A stretch of 63,789 bases of DNA, the filler included, from Octopus bimaculoides (lineage: Eukaryota): assembly GCF_001194135.2 (NCBI RefSeq). It is 7 parts of 5 records of this genome, joined end to end, with 100 filler letters (N's around TTAATTAATTAA, not from the genome) between each part and the next. Parts side by side here need not be neighbours in the genome. Positions count along the whole stretch, not along the records: positions 14,453 to 28,232 come from NC_068981.1; positions 28,333 to 38,178 come from NC_068998.1; positions 38,279 to 54,769 come from NC_068983.1; 4 more parts are not named here. One strand, written 5' to 3'. The translations under genes were made by a program, and so were the position numbers. Under the pieces are notes generated by a model, which was not told where the DNA came from, did no database searches, and saw nothing but the letters and a program-made list of their open reading frames with translations. Positions 26,849-39,485 of this stretch are shown here, piece by piece (positions within the stretch are counted from its first letter, which is position 1; every line of letters begins with the position of its first letter).

Positions 26849-27281
26849 AAGGTGGCGAACTGGCAGAAACGTTAGCACGCCGGGCGCAATGCTTAGCGGC
26901 ATTTCGATTGCCGTTACATTCTGAATTAAAACTCCGCCGAGGTCGACTTTGCCTTTCACCTTTTCGGGGTCGATAAATTAAGTACCAGTTACGCACTGGG
27001 GTCGATGTAATCGTCTTAATCCCTTTGTCTGTCATTGTTTGTGCCCTCTATGTTTAGCCCCTTGTGGGCAATAAAGAAATAAGAATCGTTAGCACGCTGG
27101 ACGAAATGCTAAACGATAATTTCGCCCGTCGCTCCGATCTAAGTTCAATTCTGCCGAAGTCTTCTTTACCTTTCATCCTTTCGGCGTCAATAAAATAAGT
27201 ACCAGTTGAATACTGGAGTCGATGTAATCGACTCATCCCAGCCACCAAAATTGCTGTTTTTGTGGAAAAATCTGAAGCTAT
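26849..27281 (+). mobile_element. Dimeric SINE family A element with 16-bp target-site duplication
   Basis: Two related monomers (26851-27082, 27083-~27270) flanked by identical ATTAAGTGTTATTTGT at 26833-26848 and 27282-27297. Confidence 0.85.
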
Positions 27282-27918
27282 ATTAAGTGTTATTTGTGAC
27301 TCGTAGTTCACAAATAGACGTAATATTATGTTATTTGTGTGGTGTCTATATTTCACATGGTTGAAGTTACACATCACGCGGAAGAATTTCACGCCATTCT
27401 TTCCATATCTTAACATAACTTCAGTTAGGATGTGTAATGGTGTAAAAATAAAATAACTGACCAAAAAAAAAAAAAAAAACATTATCGAGAGAAACAATAG
27501 GAAATGTTTTATCGATTAATACCGATCACTAGAAACTTGAAACTAAAAAGAAAATCAATAAAAGGATAATTAATTGAGAGATCTCTGCTTCTGTTAATTA
27601 ACAGAGCGAACACTGCCGAAATCTAGTTATGTATAGGTGCGTGTGTGTATCTATCTTCGTAAGTTGAGCGTGTGTTTGCCTGAGCACGCGCGCGTGTGTG
27701 TATGTGAGTGTCTATGTGTGTGTGAACGTGTGAACGTGTGATTGTGTATATGTATATGCGTGCCTTTCTGCGTTTATATCTGTCCATACCCAAAGCATTT
27801 ACGATTCAACGTCAGTTCACTATGGAATGCGTGAAATTTATCTTCCTCTTTTTGTGTCCGTTTATATGTGTGCGCGGTGCGCGCGTGGACGTTCGCGTGC
27901 ATGTATTTGCGTATGAGT

Positions 27919-28232
27919 GGAGGCGCAATGACCCAGTAGTTAGGGCAGCGGACTCGTGGTCATAGGATCGTGGTTTCGATTCCCAGACCGGGCGTTGTGA
28001 GTGTTTATTGAGTGAAAATACCTAAAGCTCCACGTGTGGCTCCGGCAGGGGATGGTGGCGAACCCTGCTGTACTCTTTCACCACAACTTTCTCTCAGTCT
28101 TACTTCCTGTTTCTGTTGTGCCTGTAATTCAAAGGGCCAGCGTTGTCACACTGTGTCACGCTGAATATTCCCGAGAACTACGTTAAGGGTACACGTGTCT
28201 GTGGAGTGCTCAGCCACTTGCACGTTAATTTC
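27919..28232 (+). mobile_element. tRNA-derived SINE family B, truncated by scaffold end
   Basis: A-box/B-box-like head GGAGGCGCAATGACCCAGTAGTTAGG..GGTTTCGATTCCC; collinear with 44439-44821. Confidence 0.85.
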
Positions 28233-28332
28233 NNNNNNNNNNNNNNNNNNNNNNNNNNNNNNNNNNNNNNNNNNNNTTAATTAATTAANNNNNNNNNNNN
28301 NNNNNNNNNNNNNNNNNNNNNNNNNNNNNNNN
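28233..28332. other. Artificial scaffold-joining linker
   Basis: N44-TTAATTAATTAA-N44. Confidence 0.97.
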
Positions 28333-29111
28333 ATATATGAGAGAGAGAGAGATAATATATATATTTATCAAACATATAGATATAATATTATATAATAACA
28401 TATATAATATATAATTATATGCATATATCCATGCATATATGTACATGCCGACATCTATATGTATACATACAAGCATATATGGGTACAGGACATCACAAAA
28501 AACGTTAAACACAATGAGAAACGAAAACATAAAGACGAAGACAGAAAACGACCTTTTATTTGGAACAACGAAAAAAACAAACAGAGAAACGAGACATGCA
28601 ACATAAAGAATATTACCCTTCTTCAGTTGTCCCTGCTCCATCTACTCCACGTTTTGAAGGCAAGGACAATACACTACTTCGTTGGAGCAGTCCTTCCCGC
28701 AAGCAAATTAATTAAAATTTGGATATTTTTGCGGAGGGTGAAAGTGTAAACAAGAACAGGTCAGTGAGAACAAACGGTATGGGCTGTTAGGCCAAGACGA
28801 TAGAAAAATTATTTTGAACGCGAAGTTAGATTTGAATGAGAGAGAAAAAAATTCACGTCTTTTCTGTAGGAACGCAAGAAGTAGAAAGAAAGAAACCCTT
28901 TCGTCACGTACATTTATCAAACATATAGATATAATATTATATATAGATATAATATATATATATTTATCAAACATATAATATTATATATATAGATATAATA
29001 TATATATATTTATCAGATATATAGATATAATATATATATATTTATCAGATATATGAATATAATATATATATTTACAAAACACATATATATATATATATAT
29101 ATATATACAAA

Positions 29112-29160
<49 letters not shown>

Positions 29161-32100
29161 AAACATAGATATAATATATATATATATANNNNNNNNNNNN
29201 NNNNNNNNNNNNNNNNNNNNNNNNNNNNNNNNNNNNNNNNNNNNNNNNNNNNNNNNNNNNNNNNNNNNNNNNNNNNNNNNNNNNNNNNNNNNNNNNNNNN
29301 NNNNNNNNNNNNNNNNNNNNNNNNNNNNNNNNNNNNNNNNNNNNNNNNNNNNNNNNNNNNNNNNNNNNNNNNNNNNNNNNNNNNNNNNNNNNNNNNNNNN
29401 NNNNNNNNNNNNNNNNNNNNNNNNNNNNNNNNNNNNNNNNNNNNNNNNNNNNNNNNNNNNNNNNNNNNNNNNNNNNNNNNNNNNNNNNNNNNNNNNNNNN
29501 NNNNNNNNNNNNNNNNNNNNNNNNNNNNNNNNNNNNNNNNNNNNNNNNNNNNNNNNNNNNNNNNNNNNNNNNNNNNNNNNNNNNNNNNNNNNNNNNNNNN
29601 NNNNNNNNNNNNNNNNNNNNNNNNNNNNNNNNNNNNNNNNNNNNNNNNNNNNNNNNNNNNNNNNNNNNNNNNNNNNNNNNNNNNNNNNNNNNNNNNNNNN
29701 NNNNNNNNNNNNNNNNNNNNNNNNNNNNNNNNNNNNNNNNNNNNNNNNNNNNNNNNNNNNNNNNNNNNNNNNNNNNNNNNNNNNNNNNNNNNNNNNNNNN
29801 NNNNNNNNNNNNNNNNNNNNNNNNNNNNNNNNNNNNNNNNNNNNNNNNNNNNNNNNNNNNNNNNNNNNNNNNNNNNNNNNNNNNNNNNNNNNNNNNNNNN
29901 NNNNNNNNNNNNNNNNNNNNNNNNNNNNNNNNNNNNNNNATATATATATATATATATATATACACACATGCATACATGTATGTATATGTGGGTCTTTGTG
30001 TCTGTATTTGTCTCCCTGCACGCACTATCCTTTGACAACCGCTATTGGTTTGTTTATTTCCCTAGCTTACCGATTCGGCAAAGAGACCAATAAAATAAGT
30101 ACCCGATTTGAAAAAAAATAAGTAGTGAGGTCGATTTGTTCGACTAAACCCTCAACATGGCTGTAATTCAATGACTGAAACGAGTAGAAGAAAGAGCAAA
30201 AGGAAAAGGAAGCTGATCTAAGCAGAAATTAAAAGAAACAAGCGCACTAACTATTCAGTAGTGAGCTTGTGTTATATGGCGCTTGCTTTTAAATTCAAAT
30301 GTAACGGGTAAAGGGTAAAAACCCTCTTCGGTCATGAATGACCATGCGGTGCTCCTAGAAAGTACCCCTCCGAGGCACAACTCTTGGAAAGTTTGTTTGT
30401 GGAAGACTAGCAGTCGCCCGTGTATACCAGCCTCCCCAATCCACGCCACCGATGTTATCCAAGGGAAATGCAAAGGCCGATACAGCTTGGCACCAGTGAC
30501 ATCACGACTCATTTCTACAGCTGAGTGAACTAGAGCAACGTGAAATAAAGTATCTTGCTCAAGAACACAACACAGAGCCCAGACCGAAAATCGAACTCAT
30601 TAGCTCATGATTGTGTACCCGACCCTACATTACTTCAAGGCCCTCATTTTATAATGGAAGGGACATAGCCGACGGAAATGATTTGCATATATGCCTGGTG
30701 CTTATTGTACCCATCTCGGGTTTCAGATTAGAACTTAGGATGTTAAAAAAAACAAAAACGGATAAAGTTAACCGCTAGTCATTACTATCTGGAGTCCTAG
30801 AACCCATAGGGCGGATTACCCGGTCCTCGTAGTGTATAAATGACTGAGATCACCACTGTCCTTCTGAACGGGACGCCAGTTCATCACAGGGTTACTTATT
30901 TGCAACTGAGTGGCCTTTAGCAACGTGAAATGAACTGTTTTGCTCAGGAACGCAACACACCACCCGGTCTGAGAACCGAAATCACTATCTTGCAATCGTG
31001 AGTGCAACACCTTCACCAATCAACTAGGTTCTTTCAGTTACGAAGACAAACTTAAATATAATTCAATTATTATGGAAGTCTTCTGTTCCGGTCTCTCCAC
31101 TGATTTTCATTTTTATAATCAGCTAACTACTCTACAGATCGCCAGTTATGTTTACTATTTTTATTCAGTAATATCAATTTTAAATAATCATCACAATTAT
31201 ACAGATGCCAGGTTCGCATGAAATATATTTTCTTTCTAGTCTTCAAAAGGTTTGCAAATCTTGTGATGTTAGATAAAAAGATCTGCATTCCGTATGCGAA
31301 AGAATTATAAAGAAATTGAAAAACAGATAATCTAATACTCAGCTAACGAACATCAATCAACTAAAATTAAAAGATGATGGATTTGTATGAGTAAAGTATG
31401 ATTAACAACGGAAAGGGAATACCCAGTATTTATCAATTTCTTTAGTTTATCGGCCTTCTTAAACATTAACTGCAAAAAAAAAAACAAAAAAAAGTTAATT
31501 GACTTCTCTTGTAGTTCTTTCAATCCTCTTTTCGTTATATTTTCGTACCAGTTTATTTATCTACGGTTTCAAAAGTTAGTTCACCGCCGAGTGTTTTCTC
31601 TTTCCCGTAACTGTAAAGATACCATCTATTTTATTTTCTCTCCGAGCACAGAAGCATAATAAAAATTGATATAAATATCGATTTCACGCCTACCCTACAA
31701 TGTCCTTCTAAAAATAAACAATAACACCATTGAACTCTTGAAGCTATGAGATAATGCATGGTTAATTCAAAACATCACACACATATATATTTCCATTCAT
31801 ATACATGTATGCGCACTCACACACATACACGAACGGGTTTCTGTATATGTTTCCTCTATTAAATTTCACTAACAAAGTATAGTCACGAGCTATAGTAAAA
31901 GACACTTGCCCAAGCTGCTTCGCATTAGGATCGAACCCAGAATCACGTGGAAATGAAGCGAACTTCATGACCACGCAACCATGCCTTACTTACAACAAAC
32001 CATCTTTATTCGTATTACAGTATTATCCAACAGGCCAACTAGCAGCTACCTTATGTATCACTCCCACATAAACAGTCGCAATCTAACAGGAAGCAATGAA

Positions 32101-32177
32101 ACATCTTTGTCTAGTCTTCACAAAGTCTGTCTTTGTTTTCAATTTTCTGAAAGAAATCCTGTACTTCATATTTTCAG

Positions 32178-32251
32178 AGACCGTCTCCAGTCACAGCACA
32201 GTTGTGGACGACAAAACTGTTTTGGTTCATATCAGAGACACAGCTTGGAAG
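32178..32251 (+). CDS. RERG: RERG-like small GTPase, penultimate exon (switch I to G3)
   Basis: ttttcag acceptor, gtcag donor, 74 nt, phase 1 to 0. Translates (E)TVSSHSTVVDDKTVLVHIRDTAWK, aligning with RERG [25 protein letters not shown]; intron positions agree with my recollection of RERG structure. Orthology versus paralogy not resolved. Confidence 0.85.
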
Positions 32252-33559
32252 GTCAGATATAATTAATTACATATTACACTTCAGCTTTCAAAATTTTAAT
32301 AAGTAATCAACCACAACTTCTGCAGGCAATTGAAACATTATTTTCCCCCGCTCATCATCGCCACATTAGAATCTCAACGGTTTTTAGTTAGTTTATTTTA
32401 GCAAAAAAAAAAAAAACACAAATAGGGAAGGAAAGAAAAGAAATACTTGTATGTTTTCGTTATTGTCGCTGGATAAACCCACTGGGTAGTTCAACGTTAA
32501 AAAGATCAATCAACCAATAATCCGAGGTTGTCCCATCATTATTAAAAGCATTCTATTCTAAAATTTTGAACCGAAACATTTTGGACGTCATTTTTTTTTT
32601 TTTTTTTTGTCGAATCGTTAGGTTATGCAGATGTAAACACACCAACAGCGGTTGTTAAGCAGTGACTGTGAGACAAACACAGACACAAAGACACACACAC
32701 ACACACACACACATATAGGCCGACGTCGGAGTTGGAAAGCACCAACAAGTCGGAACCTCTCCCCTCTAAATCAGTCATATTATCTGGTTGAACAACTAAA
32801 TAGACTTTTCTTCAGATAATCGATTGAATTTTATTTAGTCTGGCATTGTATTTTGTCATATAGTCATAGAAAAAAATGTTTCTACGAAAAGAATGTCATA
32901 TAGTCTAGAAAAAAATGTTTCTACAAAAAGAAAATTAGAATGGCTGTGTAGGTCAGGAATTTAATTGCTTGTTTGTTTATCTGTAAGTGTAGATAAATGG
33001 ATGATTATAAGAACAGTGAGAGGAAGTTGACTGTTAAAAGTCTGTTTCATCATGCAAGCATCAGTTAAAAATTATGTAGGGCGCTGAATATGTCGAAATT
33101 TTGGCGTTTCGACAGAGCATTGTCTGTTTTACCGTGGCGACAGACATTTTGTGAATAACAAGAGTTCTAAATATTACTGAAAGTGAAATACTTATTTGTC
33201 TGTCGTAAGAGCAAAGTAATTTTATACTTTATCAATCTCATAGTCGTGATTTCCATTTCTTTACAGAAGAAGGCCATTTTTTCAGTTAGTAAATGCCGTC
33301 ATGAGATATCATATGGCTTGCAAGTCCAACTTTGGACAAACAGACCCTACTGCAGACGTTACAAACATGTTCAGATAGAATAGTATCTAGGATCAAAGTC
33401 AAGTCCTGTTTCCGAATTGATCGTTTTAAGATGGAATATTCCCGTTTCAAATGCTTTTCAACCATCGTAGGTCACTTTTCAAACCAATCGATTTTCCATC
33501 ATTTGCTCTAAGTTTTCAACATCTACACTAAGGACCTCTAAGTTTTTAACGACAGCCCT

Positions 33560-34400
33560 AAAACAATTCTTATGTATATGTCGCAAACATTTACCACATT
33601 GTAACTCCCCGTAAACAACTGCTTATGTAGCCTGTGATCCCTGATTCTAGTATGCTCCTCATACGCTTTTGATTCTGCATGCGGCACATCTCAATACTGG
33701 ATGTGTTGGCTAGCTGAAGAACAACGGTGTCTGTTGCTAGAGACTGCCATTTGATGTTTAAAATCCTCCTGAGCAACTATGATCGACATTTTTAGAAGGT
33801 CTTGATGTGACGACCACATGTTGTCCAAGTCTCCGTATGAAGCGGCAGTCTAATCCTTTGTATAGCTTTAGGCTGAGGCTGGACATCGAAATAAAGGTTG
33901 TCGTTTCAGTCTTTAGACGTGGTATACTGGATTTAGATTTATGTGAAACAGCAGTATACGAAAAGGTATCTATTAAATTCTAGCATTCAGTAAACGTCTG
34001 CAAACCAACATTTCACTGATGTTTGGAAATCAAGATTTTATTGACGGAGGACATTAATGGAATTTTCGTTTTTATGGTTCGGTTCGAAGAATCCGTCTTG
34101 CGATCCTTTACAGCGACATTCTAATCGTAGCACTGGAGCTGTTGTCACTCGCAATGCGGAGAAATAACGGCTCGAACTAGGGAGACTCCCTGATCCTCAA
34201 GCTACGCACCCAGTCGAATAACGTTACTCAAGAGACCCTGTATTACTTGTACCAGATGTACTCGTGAATCGTACGTCTCTTTGTCGACTCCACCATTTTA
34301 ATCTTCTCGTTGATGGTCCTCATCGGCCTGTTGCGCTGAGGTTGTCGTCTATGATATCCTGGATCTGCTGCGCAAACTTGACTTTCTTGATAATTTCTGA
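33560..34400 (-). mobile_element. Decayed, internally deleted RTE-clade LINE ORF2 fragment in the RERG-like intron
   Basis: HTETWTTCGRHIKTF..LLRRILNIKWQS...VLQLANTSSIE (33830-33690; cf. RTE CETWT.Y.RH...CLRRIL.I.WQD). Extent above ~33900 is weaker. Confidence 0.75.
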
Positions 34401-34556
34401 TCACTGTGAATGTTTCCTCTCTCTCTCGCTCTCTCTCTCTCTTAGTCACGGTCGAAACGTTTTTGCTGGATACCTTCAGTTACTTCCTGACTCTGAACAC
34501 GAAGGCCTCATGTGTTTGGAGGGTAAAGCTAAGAGCACAACTTGCCTTTTTATTTC

Positions 34557-34595
<39 letters not shown>

Positions 34596-34744
34596 TGTGT
34601 GTGCCAGACTGGTGAGCCATTTTGATGCTCTATATTTATCTGAAAGAAGTGGGTGAGTTAAAATTTGGTATATATTGCGTTACATTTTGTTGGGGCATCT
34701 ATTTATGGTTCACTGATGTTGACCGCAAATACTCGGCCCGTACT

Positions 34745-34828
<84 letters not shown>

Positions 34829-36238
34829 AATATAGTCAAATTTCCCACGATGCATAATGTATTTATTGATACATTTTTGTCTAGGAATAAAACAATTGTC
34901 ACTACAAAAATGCCTTTGCTTATAGTTTACTGGATTGGAGCTTATCTGGCGCTAAAATACGACAGTAATTTGCTACATGTTATTCGAGCATCGCATGCAA
35001 GATATCACACGCTTAACCATTCAGCCATCCATTAGACTTCTAAGAGAAATTTAATTTCAGATGCACAACGAATTACTTTTTAATGGTAATTTACAATATG
35101 AAATAAAAACATGCTGAAAATAAAATTCTGCAAGCGAGATCTCGAGTGTAATAAATAAGTTATACCTTGACAGAACACGTCAGAAAATATCAAGATGATT
35201 GCGAATTCTTCTGGCTTACGTATAGTGTTGTTTATCCCCACCAGGGAGGCGGTTTTAGCTTGCAAATTCTTTACGGAGGCCAATTGACGGTAATTTACCA
35301 TCATTACGATCGGAAAGATCTAATCTTTATACGTTATAGCGATAAAGTAAGGTGTAAGTAAAGCTTATCAACGCCAAGAACAATTTGATATCAGAAAACT
35401 AAATTTCTCTACTTATCTTTAGTGTGAAAATGCTGATATTAGTGGTTGTGGTTGTTCTCGTTATGGTTTGTAATTGTTGTTGGGTTTTTTTCTGTTTTTG
35501 CTCTTGTTGTTGCTCTTCTTTGCCTGTGTACGGTTGATGTTGTGCTAATGTAATAACAAGGCCGTTTCAAAAATAATTGATATAAAGCATTTTGAAAGAT
35601 AACACCAGAACAGGAAGCATGTACATGAACTTTTTTCAGAATTTATCGCTTGAAAAGTAAACTATATATTTATTCCCTCGTTGCATAATCACTAGGTATA
35701 TTTTACTTACATAAAAAAAAATAGAGAGTAACACTTAGAGTTAGATTTGATTTATGGATAGCTTGAATCAATCTTAGAAATTGAAACGCTTAATTGATAT
35801 TTAAAACACCTGTTTCTGTAAAGTCTCTGAAGTTAAGCAGTTTCATATGTACTTCATTCTAACACCAGTGATTTATTGGAAAAATCAACTGAGCACAAAT
35901 TAAAAGATCTGGGGAAGAACTAGGTCAGCCTAATTGTAAAATAAAAGGGGACCCAGTAAAATGTTTAATTTTACAATACATATTGATATCCCGACAAGTA
36001 GTTTTGTGTGTGTATGAGTACATATGTAGTTTTCCATGTACATATGTGATTATATGTTTTGTTTTTTTATTTGTACGCTAATGTAGGTTTGTAAATACAC
36101 ATATGTTGGTGATATGACACCTTTATGTGAATATAATTATTCTCAGAGGGCTTAACTCCCTCATAGATATGCACATAATCAGCAATTTCAATGATTTATT
36201 TTCGCTTATGCCTAATTCGTGTTCGTATCTATTTCCAG

Positions 36239-36676
36239 GCTATTGACAGTCAACAGCGAGAGAACCACTTATCGTGGGCTGATGGGATTATGATTGTTTA
36301 CTCAATCATGGATCGAGAAAGCTTCGAATCATGTAAGAAACTCGTGGACAAGGTATTACAACTGTGTGACGAAGCAACACCAATTTCCGTCATAGGCAAC
36401 AAAGCCGATATGTTACATATGAGACAAGTACAATTCGAAGAAGGTTTAGCTTTTTGCCGTAATAGGAATCTTCTGTTTTCTGAAGTATCTGCTGGGGATA
36501 GTTACGACAGTGTAGAAAAGGCTGTGAGGACTTTGATTCAAGAGGTTCGACATTGTCGAAAGAAAAAGGAAAAATCAAAGAATTCAGAAGGTGGTTTAAA
36601 ATTAGATATACGACAATCTCTGAAAAATTTCACCGAGAAACGTCTTCAAATTCGCCATCGAACATCGACCTTGTAA
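36239..36676 (+). CDS. RERG: RERG-like small GTPase, last exon
   Basis: atttccag acceptor, phase 0. AIDSQQRENHLSWADGIMIVYSIMDRESF..VIGNKADMLHMRQVQFEEG..FSEVSAG..QIRHRTSTL*. G4 NKAD, G5 EVSA, WADG box typical of RERG/RERGL/RASL11-12; no CAAX. Confidence 0.92.
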   Translation, partial: AIDSQQRENHLSWADGIMIVYSIMDRESFESCKKLVDKVLQLCDEATPISVIGNKADMLHMRQVQFEEGLAFCRNRNLLFSEVSAGDSYDSVEKAVRTLIQEVRHCRKKKEKSKNSEGGLKLDIRQSLKNFTEKRLQIRHRTSTL

Positions 36677-37374
36677 TGCAGACAGTTACGATGCGGAATG
36701 TAAAAGCTGCCGTTTGCTTTGCAGAAACTTACGTCATGATAAATCCTAACTGGCTTCATTTTTGCACGTTTGTTACTTGAGACGGCGCATTTTTTAAAAT
36801 ATTTTATCTTAATGTTTTTTANNNNNNNNNNNNNNNNNNNNNNNNNNNNNNNNNNNNNNNNNNNNNNNNNNNNNNNNNNNNNNNNNNNNNNNNNNNNNNN
36901 NNNNNNNNNNNNNNNNNNNNNNNNNNNNNNNNNNNNNNNNNNNNNNNNNNNNNNNNNNNNNNNNNNNNNNNNNNNNNNNNNNNNNNNNNNNNNNNNNNNN
37001 NNNNNNNNNNNNNNNNNNNNNNNNNNNNNNNNNNNNNNNNNNNNNNNNNNNNNNNNNNNNNNNNNNNNNNNNNNNNNNNNNNNNNNNNNNNNNNNNNNNN
37101 NNNNNNNNNNNNNNNNNNNNNNNNNNNNNNNNNNNNNNNNNNNNNNNNNNNNNNNNNNNNNNNNNNNNNNNNNNNNNNNNNNNNNNNNNNNNNNNNNNNN
37201 NNNNNNNNNNNNNNNNNNNNNNNNNNNNNNNNNNNNNNNNNNNNNNNNNNNNNNNNNNNNNNNNNNNNNNNNNNNNNNNNNNNNNNNNNNNNNNNNNNNN
37301 NNNNNNNNNNTTGAAACATTAATAAAAAAAATTGAAGTTTTTAAATATTTCGTATAATTATTATTAGTAAAATG

Positions 37375-37810
37375 CTGGAGGAGGCGAGCTAGCGGAACTG
37401 TTTGCAAGCCAAACAAAATGTTTATCGCTATTTCGTCTGTCATTACTTTGAGTTCAAATTTCGCCGAGGTCGACTTCGTCTTTCATCCTTTCGGGGTCGA
37501 TAAAATAAGTACCAGTCAAGTATTGGGGTCGATGTAATCGACTTCACCCTCCTCTCAAACTGCTGGCTTTGTGCCAAAATTTGAATACTGTTAGTATTAA
37601 GATGCTGTAAAGCGGTGATTTTAGCAGATACATTAGAACGTCGGAAAATGCTACCTCTTTACATTCTGAGTTCAAACCCTGCCGAGATCAACTTTGTCTC
37701 TCATCTTTTTAGGGGTTCGATAAAATAAAGTGCCAGCCAAATATTACAATCACTGGTATCGACTAATGACCGTACCTCAAAAGCTTCTGGTCTTATGCCT
37801 GAATTAGAAA
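37375..37810 (+). mobile_element. Two tandem SINE family A copies (plus a partial head at 38015-38090)
   Basis: GGCGAGCTAGCGGAA..GAGTTCAAATTTCGCCGAGGTCGAC..GGGGTCGATAAAATAAGTACCAG. Confidence 0.8.
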
Positions 37811-38100
37811 CCATTAATAGGAGGACGTTGTATATTTCACTAAACTTCATTGTCAAACAAAAGTCTTATCAGGTATTACTGATACGATATTGCCAAAAAT
37901 ACGTAATAAATCAACATAATTCTAGATTTAAAGCAAACTTATTACGACTTACCTTGATTTCAATTCAGTAACTGCTCTATTTTTCTGACAGTTTTAATAT
38001 TTCGAGTCGATTGTAAGACAGCAAGTGGGCAGAGCCGTTAGCATGCCGAGCGAATTGCTTAGTGTCGTTTCGTCTATCTTCACTTTCTGAGTTATGTATG

Positions 38101-38178
<78 letters not shown>

Positions 38179-38278
38179 NNNNNNNNNNNNNNNNNNNNNN
38201 NNNNNNNNNNNNNNNNNNNNNNTTAATTAATTAANNNNNNNNNNNNNNNNNNNNNNNNNNNNNNNNNNNNNNNNNNNN
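38179..38278. other. Artificial scaffold-joining linker
   Basis: N44-TTAATTAATTAA-N44. Confidence 0.97.
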
Positions 38279-39485
38279 TGGTAGTAGGGTTTTTTTCCTG
38301 GGTTTTGGTGGTTGTCCTTGTTGCTTTTTTTGGTTGGCGGCGGTTGGGCAACTGTCCTTGAGGTGTGCCTCGCTGCCGCATACATAACAACGTGGCCGCC
38401 TTCCTTCCACCACTACATATAACTTGTGGTCCTTTGCCAGTTGGATGTGTGTGGGGATCTTTTGGCACTCTTCTTCAGTGATGTGGAGGAGGACTTCGAT
38501 TTTTTTTCCTCTTTCCCAGTTTTTCTCCTCTGCAGTAGCAATTTCTAATATATTTGCCTCTTCCATTTCGAGACATATAGAACCTACTATCCACTGTGTT
38601 TCCACTTGTGAAGGGACATTCTTTACTGTCACCTTCGTCACTCTCTGTCCAAGATAACTCGGTATCATCACCAAGTCATCTGTGTGGAGAGAGAGTGTCG
38701 AAAATTCCTTCGCTAACTCTTCGCTCTTAAAGCGTACTAGGACCGTGGCAAATTTGCGTCCCCAAGTAACATGACTATGAAAGGGCCATATGAGTTTGAG
38801 ACAAATCTCAATTTTTTTGGGTGGAGAAATTCTCCGGTCGCTTGGTTTTCTTGGTGATAAGTCTGTATGATATGTGCTTCTTGTTTGTGTTTTCGATGAT
38901 TTCTTTTGGTATGTGTATTTGTACAGTGTCACCTTTCGTGAGAAGGGATTTTGTATCATTGATTTGTTTTTGGGTGAATGTTAATATTGTACTTTTTTCT
39001 TTCGTTGCATCGGCAAAATTTGTTTTTGTGATGCTGGCAGATATGTTGTTTGTGGCGTTGTTTATCTTGTTCGTCTTGTAGTTGTTGATGGTGGTGTTGG
39101 CAGTGGTGTTGGTACTACCAGGTTCAAAGGTGGTGGTAGTGGCAGCAGAGTTTGTCGAAGTAGTGGTGGTGTTGAAGGCCGGTGTCCTGTTGTTGCTGTT
39201 GCTGTTGTCACTGGTAGTAGCAGTGGTGAAGACAGTGGTCGTGTTAGCAAGGACATTTGTGTCGTTGTCGTTGCTGTCTTTGTCGTTGTTGTCACTGGTG
39301 ACGGTGGCAGGCAAGACTGCTGTAGCAGCAGAGTTTTTACACGTGATGGTGGTTGAGGCAGCAGCAGTTGACTCAGAATCATTGCTCTTCTTCATCACTT
39401 GTCTGCGTTCATGCGGAACGGCATTAAGTGTTTTCGCCTCTGGCATTAAGAGCGGGAAATCAGCCTCGTTGAAAACCTTAGCCAT
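38279..39485 (-). mobile_element. L1/Tx1-type ORF1 (gag-like) unit 2: T/N-rich N-terminus, RRM-like region, CCHC zinc knuckle; one frameshift; cut by scaffold end
   Basis: MAKVFNEADFPLL... (39485-38808) continues +1 at an A7 run (~38812-38818) into KKIEICLK..FATVLVRF..PSYLGQRVTKVTVKNVP..YVVVEGRRPRCYVCGSEAHLKDSCP; C-x2-C-x4-H-x4-C at 38389-38348. Confidence 0.8.

Noticed and set aside
28981-30093. Long ORFs of 150-400 aa in the ORF track (also 20517-21227, 21580-22197, 36646-37443, 39534-40400)
   Set aside because: They consist of N gaps and (TA)n/(CA)n microsatellites; not coding evidence.
28333-32177. Upstream RERG-like exons (G1 P-loop and VRFLTKRF exon)
   Set aside because: Not found by eye; they may lie in the gap 29189-29939 or off-scaffold. 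Segments across linkers were not joined to complete the gene.
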